Shown in pieces: positions 17,984-26,595 of a stretch of 64,000 bases of DNA (positions are counted from its first letter, which is position 1; every line of letters starts with the position of its first letter). Below the pieces are notes generated by a model that had not been told where the DNA came from, ran no database searches, and was given only the letters and a program-made list of their open reading frames with translations. The DNA comes from a virus. A program made the position numbers and the translations under genes. The stretch lies in IMG/VR virus record IMGVR_UViG_3300044632_000653; one strand, given 5' to 3'.

Positions 17984-19371
17984 TGAAAACCTACTTCGAC
18001 CTACGACAGGACCTACGACAGCAGAACCCCGATCAAGCCGAACTCATCGCCGAGCAGTTGAACCGCTACCTTGAGGAGAAGGCACTCGTCCTCGGGAAGG
18101 GCGAGAACTACGGACAGGCGGTCATCCTTGCGGGTGGTGCGGGATCGGGCAAGTCTTTCGCCGTCAGCAACTTCATGCAGGGGGAGAAGTTCAAGGTGTT
18201 CAATGTGGACTCACTCAAGGACACCCTGCTCTCCATCAGGGATCGTTTGAAGCGAGTCCCTGACATGCAACTCTCGGGAGGTATCAAGAGCGTCGTGCAA
18301 GCGATCCAAGACCTCAACCTGAGGAAGCCAAAGGATGTGGGCACCCTTCACATGATAGCGAAGAAGTTGGGTGGCAGGGGTCCAAATGACTCCACGATGA
18401 TTGGCAGGGTCGTTGGCAAGGTCGATGACACCAACTTCCACAAGCAGGAGGACATCCTCTCGCTGAAGGAACTGATCAAGGACTTCAATGTCGATCAGAA
18501 GAATCAGATCATGTTCTTCGCCGACAAGACCAAGAGCGTCAAGCCGAATGTGATGTTCGATGTGACGCTCAAGGACATCGGTGCGCTGCATAGTGAACTC
18601 GGTGGAGAGTTCGGCATCATCCAACTCCTCAAGATGGCGGGATATGCACCCGAGAACATCCACATCGTTTGGATCCTCACGGACTACCGCATCGCCATGC
18701 GGCAGAACCTCACCCGCAGTCGTGTCGTGGCATCGGACATCTTCTTCGCCACGCACCTCGGCGCAAGCGGAACCATGCGGGACATCGTCTTCAAGAACTA
18801 CTCAAGCCTCGGGATCAACGGCGATATCGCCGTCATCCTCGGAGGCGGCAAGGGACAAGTCGAGTTTGAGGTTGGCAAGTCCTATGGACCCGATACGAAG
18901 TCCACCGAGGGGACTCCTCTCCTCAAGGGCGGTCTCAAGGGGAAGTCGTTCACCGTGACCTCTGCGAACAAGTTGACGCTTCCTGTGTTCATCGACTTCC
19001 GCTACTACAGGCTGAAGAAGGCAGGTGACCGTTCGATCAACCGAGAGGCTCTTCAGTCGATCCACGATGCGATCAGCAAGATGGCACCGAGCGGGAAGAC
19101 GGGTGCGGCGGCTGCACAGGCGCAGGTCGTGCGGAAAATAATGAGCGACTTCAACGGGGCGCAGAAACTGATCTTGCAGATGCTCCAGCGAGGTGTCTCG
19201 GTCGAGCAGATCAAGAGCGAGTACAGGAGGAAGTTCCCTCCCCTCAAGCCGATCCACCCCGAGACGGCTGCTGCACTCGGTCTCTCCGAACTTGAGTACA
19301 AGCCCGTACTCGACCAACGGGTGGCTGACATCCTCGGTTTGAAGGTCGGGGAGTACAAGTTGAGGAGTTGA
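17983..19371 (+). CDS. P-loop kinase (AAA_33/zeta-toxin-like fold) with MKTY leader
   Basis: AVILAGGAGSGKS Walker A, NVD, VMFDVT, RQNLTRSRVV lid; LEE site before the domain. Confidence 0.75.
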   Translation: MKTYFDLRQDLRQQNPDQAELIAEQLNRYLEEKALVLGKGENYGQAVILAGGAGSGKSFAVSNFMQGEKFKVFNVDSLKDTLLSIRDRLKRVPDMQLSGGIKSVVQAIQDLNLRKPKDVGTLHMIAKKLGGRGPNDSTMIGRVVGKVDDTNFHKQEDILSLKELIKDFNVDQKNQIMFFADKTKSVKPNVMFDVTLKDIGALHSELGGEFGIIQLLKMAGYAPENIHIVWILTDYRIAMRQNLTRSRVVASDIFFATHLGASGTMRDIVFKNYSSLGINGDIAVILGGGKGQVEFEVGKSYGPDTKSTEGTPLLKGGLKGKSFTVTSANKLTLPVFIDFRYYRLKKAGDRSINREALQSIHDAISKMAPSGKTGAAAAQAQVVRKIMSDFNGAQKLILQMLQRGVSVEQIKSEYRRKFPPLKPIHPETAAALGLSELEYKPVLDQRVADILGLKVGEYKLRS

Positions 19372-19424
19372 CGGAAACGGATGAAAACTTCTGCCTGTTG
19401 GGCGATTATGCCGATGAGGGACAC

Positions 19425-19964
19425 ATGAAACGACAACCTCTAGCCCGACATCTCCTTGAATCAAATCTCGCCTTGACCCGTGAGAACTCGGCGTTCATAG
19501 ACTATCTCGTCTCGTTTGAAGCGACGATCCATTCGATCCAATCTCACGCAAAGGCGACGGGAATCGTTGAGTTGGATCGTCTCTCCGAGTTGCGGAGGCA
19601 GTTGCAGTCGGTCATCACGGCGACCGAGGACCGCCGCATCGCCAACACGGGACGAAAGGATGCACCCGACCTCGCTGACCTCAACAAGACGGTGCAGCAG
19701 GACGAGGGGATCAAGTCGTACCTCTACAACATCGACATCGATCCCGTGAAGTACGACAAGATGCTCGGCAAGATGCTTGATGACATGTTCAAGCCGCCGA
19801 CCAACAAGGAACCGCCGCCACCTCCTCCACCGCAGACCTACGACGGTGCGGTGTACTTCTTCAAGTCGATCAACTGGGGCAAAAACTTCGGCGGCGACCT
19901 TGAAGGCGAGTGGCAGGATTATCAGGACGAAGAAAATCCCGAAGATCCTCTTGACGAACGGTGA
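19425..19964 (+). CDS. Hypothetical protein
   Basis: GAGG RBS; ORF in array. Confidence 0.55.
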   Translation: MKRQPLARHLLESNLALTRENSAFIDYLVSFEATIHSIQSHAKATGIVELDRLSELRRQLQSVITATEDRRIANTGRKDAPDLADLNKTVQQDEGIKSYLYNIDIDPVKYDKMLGKMLDDMFKPPTNKEPPPPPPPQTYDGAVYFFKSINWGKNFGGDLEGEWQDYQDEENPEDPLDER

Positions 19965-19986
19965 AGCGTAGAGTATCGTATCGTAT

Positions 19987-20280
19987 ATGAGCGATACCAA
20001 GATTCTCACCGAAGACGAAAAGACCCTGCGTAACGAGATCATCTCCGCTCTCAAGCGGGGAATCGTCACCGTCCACTTCACCAAGGTGGATGGGACGCAG
20101 AGGACCATGCGCTGCACCCTCTCCGATGCGGTGCTGCCCCCGAAGCCCGAACCCGATCCGTCCAATCCGTTGCCTCCGAAGTCGAAGCGTCCCCCCACGA
20201 ATGTGGTGGTGTGGGACACGGAGAAAGAGGAGTGGCGATCATTCAACCTCCGCAGCGTGACGGCTTGGCAACCCGAGTGA
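19987..20280 (+). CDS. WYL_2/SH3-like T4-type protein
   Basis: VTVHFTKVDGTQRTMRCTL...VVWDTEKEEWRSF; TTGACG-17-TATCGT promoter upstream. Confidence 0.75.
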   Translation: MSDTKILTEDEKTLRNEIISALKRGIVTVHFTKVDGTQRTMRCTLSDAVLPPKPEPDPSNPLPPKSKRPPTNVVVWDTEKEEWRSFNLRSVTAWQPE

Positions 20281-20287
20281 TCCTCTA

Positions 20288-20361
20288 GCCCTCCTAGTTC
20301 AGTTGGATAGAACAGCGGTTTCCTAAACCGCAGGTCGCAGGTTCAAGTCCTGCGGGGGGCG
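20288..20361 (+). tRNA. tRNA-Arg(CCT)
   Basis: Acceptor gccctcc/ggggggc, anticodon arm gcggt-ttCCTaa-accgc, T-arm gcagg-ttcaagt-cctgc. Confidence 0.95.
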
Positions 20362-20363
20362 TT

Positions 20364-21368
20364 ATGAACGACGAGAACAACCCACTAACGGTCTCCACGG
20401 CGAAGGTCGCCTGCCTCACGACGCATGCCACGGATGCCGTGATGAATAGCATCCTCGGCAACGGGTGGGAGGACATCATCATCCCTCGGCGCATCGTGCC
20501 GCCAAACGGCTATCCATCCCCGAAGTTGTGGTGGGCGCAATGGGCGATGAAGATGGCGGTCATCCGAGAACCCGAATATAACACCCCCGAGCGCAAGCGT
20601 GACACGGACATGTTCTCGTACACCGAGAGGAAACTGCGAGGGGTTGATGGTCCCACCTACTTCCTCTCCAACGAACTCATCGATGCACTCGACCGCACCG
20701 ATGTTGAGAACACCATGCCGATGGAGGAACTGCGGTTCCCCCACGAAGGAATGCTCTTTGTCCTGCCGACCGCTCGACGGTTCGCCGAAATCAACGGCGT
20801 GTTCGGCTCCATGTCGCATGTCACTATGTTCACCATCTCACAGATGGATCATGTGAATTTTGGGAAGTCCTACATCGTGACCTTCCTCGACAACGAGGGG
20901 GTTTCATCCCATGCTCACTACCCCTGTCGAGGAACTTACGCAGAGCAGATGTCTGAGTTTGGGAGCGAGTTCTGTTGCAACACCGAAGATGCACTAGAGG
21001 CATTCAGGCGTGAGTTCAACATCGAAGTCAACCCCAATCAATTAGAGGCAGACAAGTGGCAGAACGGAATGGTCGTGAGAATGGCATGGAAGATTCTCTG
21101 CGCCATGAACTGCACGAACGACATCGTGAGGGTCGGTGGCGGTGTGTGCCGTGAGGCGAGGACGAAGAAGGGCAAGACACGCCCCGCCCTGTGGAACCCG
21201 ATCATCCTCGACCTCGGCGAGAGGATCCGCACCGAAGGAGAAGACTCCTCGGGCGCAGGTGTGAAACTGCATTGGAGGCGGGGGCACTTCCGTCGCCAAG
21301 TCTGCGGAGTCGGCAGGGCGCAGCGCAAGACGATGTGGATCAAGCCGCACAAGGTCGGGTCCCTCTAA
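20364..21368 (+). CDS. Hypothetical protein with C-terminal HWRRGHFRRQ..WIKP motif
   Basis: Motif common in phage hypothetical proteins. Confidence 0.65.
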   Translation: MNDENNPLTVSTAKVACLTTHATDAVMNSILGNGWEDIIIPRRIVPPNGYPSPKLWWAQWAMKMAVIREPEYNTPERKRDTDMFSYTERKLRGVDGPTYFLSNELIDALDRTDVENTMPMEELRFPHEGMLFVLPTARRFAEINGVFGSMSHVTMFTISQMDHVNFGKSYIVTFLDNEGVSSHAHYPCRGTYAEQMSEFGSEFCCNTEDALEAFRREFNIEVNPNQLEADKWQNGMVVRMAWKILCAMNCTNDIVRVGGGVCREARTKKGKTRPALWNPIILDLGERIRTEGEDSSGAGVKLHWRRGHFRRQVCGVGRAQRKTMWIKPHKVGSL

Positions 21369-21376
21369 ATACAACC

Positions 21377-21931
21377 ATGCTGACCCTTACGGAAGCCATA
21401 CTCAAGGCGAACCCCAAGTCGCAGATCTACTGCGACATGGACGGGGTACTCGTTGACATCATCGGCGGCATCTGTTCTGCCGATGGGAAGCCCCGATGCA
21501 GCGAGACCGACTTTGAGGACTACTTGGAGCGCAACAAGAAGAAGTTCGACTCGGAGCATCCGAGGATCTTCGCAAGGCTCCCGTGGATGAAGGACGGCAA
21601 GGGGCTGTGGTCGTACATCTCGCAGTTCTCGGCAAACATCCTCTCGGCACATACGGTTTCATGGCAACCGACGAGCAAGGAAGACAAGATGGTATGGATC
21701 AAGCGTGAGATGCGACCCTTGCCATCAAGGATCCACATCCTGCTACGCCATCAGAAGCGTGAGTACGCCGTACAGGATGACGGCACACCGAACATCCTGA
21801 TCGATGATTGGGAGCAGAACATCGTTGAGTGGAAGGCTGCGGGTGGGATCCCCATCCATCATAAGAATGCCGCCACCACGATTGCCACGCTCAAGAAGTT
21901 GGGATTCAATAAGGGGAGAAAGACAGCATGA
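21377..21931 (+). CDS. HAD-family 5'(3')-deoxyribonucleotidase-like
   Basis: IYCDMDGVL, ILSA, K, ILIDD motifs; ATG 5 nt after TAAATA. Confidence 0.85.
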   Translation: MLTLTEAILKANPKSQIYCDMDGVLVDIIGGICSADGKPRCSETDFEDYLERNKKKFDSEHPRIFARLPWMKDGKGLWSYISQFSANILSAHTVSWQPTSKEDKMVWIKREMRPLPSRIHILLRHQKREYAVQDDGTPNILIDDWEQNIVEWKAAGGIPIHHKNAATTIATLKKLGFNKGRKTA

Positions 21932-22554
21932 ACAGGGACACCTTGAAAAACCTCACCGAGGCTGCGAACGACATCGGCACCATGAGGGTGCTTGACGAGG
22001 CATCGCTGTCTCGGCTCTACCAACACACGCTCGACAGGAACATCGGCATCATCACCGCCTTCCGTGGTCGCTATCCCGTCTCCGAGAACAAGGCTAGGAA
22101 CTCCAAACTCCAAGCCGAGATCCGTGCTGCGGGGTTCGGGTTCTACCGAGTCGATGGTCACTACATCGAAGGGTACGGTTCCGAGGTCTCCAAGGATGTG
22201 AAGGAACAGGCGTTCCTCGTCATCGGGGACAAGGGAGATGACAAGGGTAGGCTCAAGGGATTCCTGCGCAAGGCGGGTGCGAGGCACAACCAAGACTCCG
22301 TTCTGTACAAGTCGTTCGACGGCAAGGCTGTCCTGATCGGCACACAGGGCAAGGACGAGGACGGCAACCCCGTCGAGTTCCCAGGTCTCGGCAAGGAGTT
22401 CTCCGTGGGCGAGTTCAAGCCCATGAAGGTCTCGCAGTTCTACTCCAAGATGAAGGGCAAGCCTTTCGTGTTTGAGTCGTACCAAGAAGCGGACACCTTC
22501 AACAGCGCATGGTTGAGGCATCTGATGGCGGGGAAAGAGCCATCGGCGAAGTAG
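21928..22554 (+). CDS. Conserved T4-like hypothetical protein with type-B leader
   Basis: MNRDTLKNLTEAANDIG..LDE then SLSRLYQH..IITAFRG..N..RN..L. Confidence 0.7.
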   Translation: MNRDTLKNLTEAANDIGTMRVLDEASLSRLYQHTLDRNIGIITAFRGRYPVSENKARNSKLQAEIRAAGFGFYRVDGHYIEGYGSEVSKDVKEQAFLVIGDKGDDKGRLKGFLRKAGARHNQDSVLYKSFDGKAVLIGTQGKDEDGNPVEFPGLGKEFSVGEFKPMKVSQFYSKMKGKPFVFESYQEADTFNSAWLRHLMAGKEPSAK

Positions 22555-22617
22555 CCCAACGGCAGAGGCATTCGATTCAAAATCGAACTAGTGTGGGTTC
22601 GACTCCCACCTTCGCTA
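22545..22617 (+). tRNA. tRNA-Leu(CAA), short variable loop
   Basis: Acceptor ggcgaag/cttcgct, anticodon arm ttcga-ttCAAaa-tcgaa, T-arm gtggg-ttcgact-cccac. Confidence 0.9.
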
Positions 22618-22629
22618 CTAGGAGGAATC

Positions 22630-22854
22630 ATGGCATACATTGCAGGTCAAGGCTACAGGGACGGCTACAACGACCGAATGTCAGGTAACCCAAACAGGTA
22701 CCCGTTCGGCATGACTTCTGCCACATCCGACAGTAGGGTGTATTGGGACGAGTACCTGACGGGATACGCCGAGGCGAACACCAAGGTGTTGCAGGATGCC
22801 CGTCACAGCGTGAATGAGATCCACGGAAGCATGGGTCGCTACCTCATCGAATAG
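22630..22854 (+). CDS. Small hypothetical protein
   Basis: GGAGG RBS; GYxDGY..Y..GY motif. Confidence 0.6.
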   Translation: MAYIAGQGYRDGYNDRMSGNPNRYPFGMTSATSDSRVYWDEYLTGYAEANTKVLQDARHSVNEIHGSMGRYLIE

Positions 22855-22862
22855 ATACGAAC

Positions 22863-23228
22863 ATGACCGTCATCACCACCCTACTCACCCTTCAGTCCCA
22901 ACTCCGTGTCTTCCATTGGCAGACAAAGTCGTATGCCGAGCATAAGGCACTCGGGAGACTCTACGAGACTCTCGACGGACAGATCGATGAGTTCGTGGAG
23001 ACCTTCTCGGGACGCTACGGTGTCCCCGCAGCCAAGGATTCCTACAAGTTGACCTTGGTGAACTACAAGGACAACGCAGGGGTGGTCGAAATCCTCGACC
23101 AAGCCATCTCGTACATGACCAAAGATGTCCCGTCCCTCCTCAAGACCGAGGACACGGATCTCCTCAATATCAGGGACGAGATGATCGGAGCGATCAATCG
23201 GACGAAGTATCTCCTCCGTCTCAAGTAA
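22863..23228 (+). CDS. Ferritin/Dps-like protein (DUF5856-type)
   Basis: FHWQTKSYAEHKALGRLYETL..IDEFVE; ATG 5 nt after TAGATA. Confidence 0.8.
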   Translation: MTVITTLLTLQSQLRVFHWQTKSYAEHKALGRLYETLDGQIDEFVETFSGRYGVPAAKDSYKLTLVNYKDNAGVVEILDQAISYMTKDVPSLLKTEDTDLLNIRDEMIGAINRTKYLLRLK

Positions 23229-23233
23229 ACCAA

Positions 23234-23591
23234 GGGGTCGATCAGGTATCGAATCCATGAAGACCGATGAGTGATGCGCCACGGGAAACCATGCTAGACC
23301 CGTAAAAGTGTATGGAAACCATAACTGCCAAGTTCAATGTGCAGCCCCGTCAGCGTCTCGCTCTCGCAGCCTGACCCCGACGAATCGTCTTCCCGACTCC
23401 CTTGAGGAAGACGATCAGACCAAGGGATAGGTCGCAGGGAGTCGGGAAGCCGACTGCGACCGAGATCAAAGATCCCGAAACTGAACCCGTTCAGTCGCTC
23501 TCGGCGGCGGGTCAGTACAAGCGAGGGCTATTGGCGTAGTAGGCACCACGGTAGGCATGAGATCACGGGGGTTCGATTCCCCCCGACTCCA
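23234..23591 (+). ncRNA. ssrA: tmRNA; tag (A)AKFNVQPRQRLALAA at 23327-23374
   Basis: 5' GGGGTCG pairs with 3' CGACTCC-A including G3.U; T-arm gggg-gttcgattc-cccc; ATAACT-GCC resume context; tag ends LALAA-stop. Confidence 0.93.
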
Positions 23592-23592
23592 T

Positions 23593-23663
23593 TCGCCTGT
23601 TGTGTAAAGGTAGCACAGAAGACTTTGATTCTTCCAGTCTTGGTTCGATCCCAAGCGGGCGAG
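23593..23663 (+). tRNA. tRNA-Gln(TTG)
   Basis: Acceptor tcgcctg/cgggcga, anticodon arm gaaga-ctTTGat-tcttc, T-arm cttgg-ttcgatc-ccaag. Confidence 0.93.
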
Positions 23664-23672
23664 TTCACAGCA

Positions 23673-23996
23673 ATGGCATACAAGTTCACCACCAAAAGTC
23701 GATACGGTCAACTGCGAACCATCACCCTCCTTGATGAGCAGCGTGGAGTGTTCAAGGTCTCGGGTCCCTCGGAGTTCTCCCGTGGGGGCGAGGACATGTT
23801 CGACTTTGAAGGTGGACCCTTCTACTGCGTGGACTTCGACTTCCATGGCATCGGTACCGTCCTCTCCGTGACGATCCCATGTCAGGAGGAGCGAGAGGCG
23901 AACTGCTTCCACGAACCGACAGTCTTGGTCACGGTGAGGCTCTCATCGAAGGGCAAGAAGGAGATCAAGAAATGGCAAAAGGAAAACTATGGGTGA
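23673..23996 (+). CDS. Hypothetical protein
   Basis: FTTKSRYG..DFEGGPF motif. Confidence 0.55.
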   Translation: MAYKFTTKSRYGQLRTITLLDEQRGVFKVSGPSEFSRGGEDMFDFEGGPFYCVDFDFHGIGTVLSVTIPCQEEREANCFHEPTVLVTVRLSSKGKKEIKKWQKENYG

Positions 23997-24672
23997 TCAC
24001 GGTCAAGAGCAACTCGACGGACAAGGGCTACCTAGTGGTGAGCCACGGTGTTGTGGCGGTGTATGCAAGCGAACGGGATGCAGCCAAGGAGGCGAAGTGG
24101 CTGAACGACTTCCATCGAAGGATCGGATCTGGGACGCAATACACCCCGAGTCGGTGGCAGGAGGATCGGGGGTACAGGACATCGCTTCAGAGTCCGATTT
24201 CCGAGAGCGAGTCCGACAACTCCATGAGGACATGGTCCGAGCCAAGGAAAAGCGTCGGGAAGAGATCGAAGCAGCGCACCCCCGAGTATTCGGAGGCGGC
24301 ACCAAGTGCGTCGATTCCGACCGACCTCTCGGAACTGTTCGTTGGGAATTTGGCTACGGATGGGACGAACTTGTAACGACCCTCATCAACACCATCGAAG
24401 GGGAGATCGACCGAGATCCCTCCCTGACCGAGGGAGACACTCCGTTCGCCATCGTTGAGATGAAGGAGAAGTTCGCACAACTCCGCATCTACACGCAGGG
24501 TGGGAACAGCCGCATCCGTGGTGTCATCTCGTTCACCGAGTACCTCTCCTCGGGTACCTGCGAGATCTGCGGCGGCGTGGGTCATCCCCATACCTCGGGT
24601 CATTGGCTGAAGACCTTCTGTGACGAGTGCGGTGTCCTCTACAAGTACACGCCTGTGAAGTCGGATAAATAA
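23989..24672 (+). CDS. Conserved phage protein with GW..L / KEKFxxLRxY and Zn-ribbon motifs (true start probably downstream)
   Basis: GYGWDELV, EMKEKFAQLRIY, CEICG..CDEC. Confidence 0.6.
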   Translation: MGDHGQEQLDGQGLPSGEPRCCGGVCKRTGCSQGGEVAERLPSKDRIWDAIHPESVAGGSGVQDIASESDFRERVRQLHEDMVRAKEKRREEIEAAHPRVFGGGTKCVDSDRPLGTVRWEFGYGWDELVTTLINTIEGEIDRDPSLTEGDTPFAIVEMKEKFAQLRIYTQGGNSRIRGVISFTEYLSSGTCEICGGVGHPHTSGHWLKTFCDECGVLYKYTPVKSDK

Positions 24673-24680
24673 GTCCGACC

Positions 24681-25097
24681 ATGGCGAAACGAGAGATCGT
24701 CAACACGGCGAAGCAGTTTCGCTGCCGCACACGCACCTGCGCCCCCTCCTCGGAGGCGAAGGCACTCATAGCGTCGAAGTTGGGGGCTCGGGGAAAGTCG
24801 AAGTCCAAGGGCTACGACGAGATCCTTCAGTTGGTCGAACTGATGAAAGAGTCGAATGTTTGGGGTGCGGGACTAAAAGGATACCTATTCCGAGGCGATA
24901 TCAGCACGGGGATGAAGAGTGCCATCACTTCGTTCGCCGTATCGAACGGATGGCAGATCACCCTCGGCAGACGGATCGTGAAGTACGGAATCATCATCCG
25001 AGGCGGCAAACTCAACAAGCGGCATCTCTTGATCTTCGGAAAGTACCGAGGCAAGGGCATGACTAGCAAGGCTTACTGTTCTCTCACAATCATCTGA
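24681..25097 (+). CDS. Basic hypothetical late protein
   Basis: TAAATA at 24666-24671. Confidence 0.6.
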   Translation: MAKREIVNTAKQFRCRTRTCAPSSEAKALIASKLGARGKSKSKGYDEILQLVELMKESNVWGAGLKGYLFRGDISTGMKSAITSFAVSNGWQITLGRRIVKYGIIIRGGKLNKRHLLIFGKYRGKGMTSKAYCSLTII

Positions 25098-25108
25098 GGA
25101 TCTTCGAC

Positions 25109-25591
25109 ATGGACATCACCTTTACCGACGCTCGCTCCAAGAGGGCGAACACCTTCAACGCCATTCAGTCCTGCTCCATCGTGAGCCTCTTCTTCGCACT
25201 TGTCTCGTTCTGTGCGGTGGCATGGTCGCTCTTCATGGTCTTCACCACGGAGGAGTTGGGCAAGCCCGTCGCTGTCGGCGGCATCGGTGTCCTCCTTCTC
25301 CTCTGCTCGTACCTCATCTCCAACCTCGCCAAGGCGGTCCAGGCGAAGGTCGCCGACGATGACCGAAGGCAGCAGGAGCAGGACATGATCGACATGATGG
25401 AGAGGATCGAAGACCGCTGCAAGGATGCCGACGATGGGCTGACGGAGCGGATCGATGAAGTCGAGGCGAGGTTGGAGGACAGGATCAACGAGGTGAACCG
25501 TGACCTCTCCCATCAGATGAGCCAAGACAACGAGAACATTTGGCGCAACCTGCATGAAGTTGAAATGAAGGTTTCCGACCGCAAGAAGTGA
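25109..25591 (+). CDS. Two-TM membrane protein with coiled-coil tail
   Basis: Two hydrophobic helices followed by acidic heptad repeats. Confidence 0.7.
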   Translation: MDITFTDARSKRANTFNAIQSCSIVSLFFALVSFCAVAWSLFMVFTTEELGKPVAVGGIGVLLLLCSYLISNLAKAVQAKVADDDRRQQEQDMIDMMERIEDRCKDADDGLTERIDEVEARLEDRINEVNRDLSHQMSQDNENIWRNLHEVEMKVSDRKK

Positions 25592-25612
25592 GCGGCGAGA
25601 TCGTCTGCGTGT

Positions 25613-25651
25613 AGGGCGAAGGGGGCTAAACCCCTTTCGCCCTTTTCTTTT
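25613..25651 (+). terminator. Intrinsic terminator
   Basis: agggcgaagggg..cccctttcgccct followed by tttctttt. Confidence 0.8.
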
Positions 25652-25662
25652 GGAGCAAGCAC

Positions 25663-25917
25663 ATGACATTGCCATACGAACGAGTCAACGCAGTCATCAA
25701 CACAAGGAAGTTCCTGCTGACCCTGCTGTTCCCCTCGTTGACCCCGAGGGTACCGAGGGACATCCGCATGGAGGCGAGGCGGCTCCTCAAGCACTACCCG
25801 TGGGACGGCGAAGCGCAAGCATTAGCAACGGAATTTCCCGAAGGCAAGCGCAAGGCACAAAAGAACACACGCAAAGGTCGAAGAAAGCAGAAGCCAACCA
25901 AGGAGCAAGACCTGTGA
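25663..25917 (+). CDS. BPSL0761-like small protein
   Basis: MTLPYERVNAV..TRKFL..TPRVP..IR..ARRLLKHYP. Confidence 0.7.
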   Translation: MTLPYERVNAVINTRKFLLTLLFPSLTPRVPRDIRMEARRLLKHYPWDGEAQALATEFPEGKRKAQKNTRKGRRKQKPTKEQDL

Positions 25918-26594
25918 CCAAGACAAAGATCAAGATCAGTCCCGAGACGCTGAACATCCTCAAGAACTTCGCCACCATCAACAGCAACCTCCATGTGAAG
26001 GTGGGAAGCACCATCAACACGGTGTCTCCGTCCAAGACCGTACTCGCCGAGGCACAGGTCAAGGAGGCGTTCGACACGGAGTTCGGCATTTGGGACATGG
26101 GCAAGTTCCTCTCGGTGGTTAGCCTGTTCAAGGACCCCGAGTTTGAGTTTGAGTCCACGCATGTCTTGGTCGGGGACTCAGGCAAGGCTTCCGTCAAGTA
26201 CTACTTCAGCGACCCGAGCCTCCTCACCAAGGAGGACAGGAAGATCGTGATGCCGAAGGTCTCGGTGTCCTTCCAACTGACCAAGGACGATCTCGGCTCC
26301 CTGATGAAGGCTGCGTCCGTCCTACAGGCTCCCGACATGTGCGTCGAGGCTTGCGGTGAAGGCATCTGCCTCCGTGTCTGCGACAAGAAGGACCCGACTG
26401 CGCACAGTTGGTCCCTCGGGATCGACAGCACCGAACACAACGGTTCGTTCCGCTCTTGGTTCAAGGTGGAGAACCTCAAGATGATCCCCGCAGACTACTC
26501 GGTGGAAATCGGCGAGAAGCGTGTCGCCAAGTTCACGGGTGCGGCGGTCTCCTATTGGGTCGCCATGGAATCCGACAGCAGCAACAAGGCTTGA
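25914..26594 (+). CDS. gp45: Sliding clamp
   Basis: KISPETLNILKNFATINSNL..FGIWDMGKFL..FKVENLKMIP.DY; GTG start after AGGAG. Confidence 0.93.
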   Translation: MTKTKIKISPETLNILKNFATINSNLHVKVGSTINTVSPSKTVLAEAQVKEAFDTEFGIWDMGKFLSVVSLFKDPEFEFESTHVLVGDSGKASVKYYFSDPSLLTKEDRKIVMPKVSVSFQLTKDDLGSLMKAASVLQAPDMCVEACGEGICLRVCDKKDPTAHSWSLGIDSTEHNGSFRSWFKVENLKMIPADYSVEIGEKRVAKFTGAAVSYWVAMESDSSNKA

Positions 26595-26595
26595 C

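Noticed and set aside
17983-19371. Calling the P-loop protein a zeta toxin of a toxin-antitoxin pair
   Set aside because: Only the general kinase fold is supported; no recognisable antitoxin and no evidence of substrate
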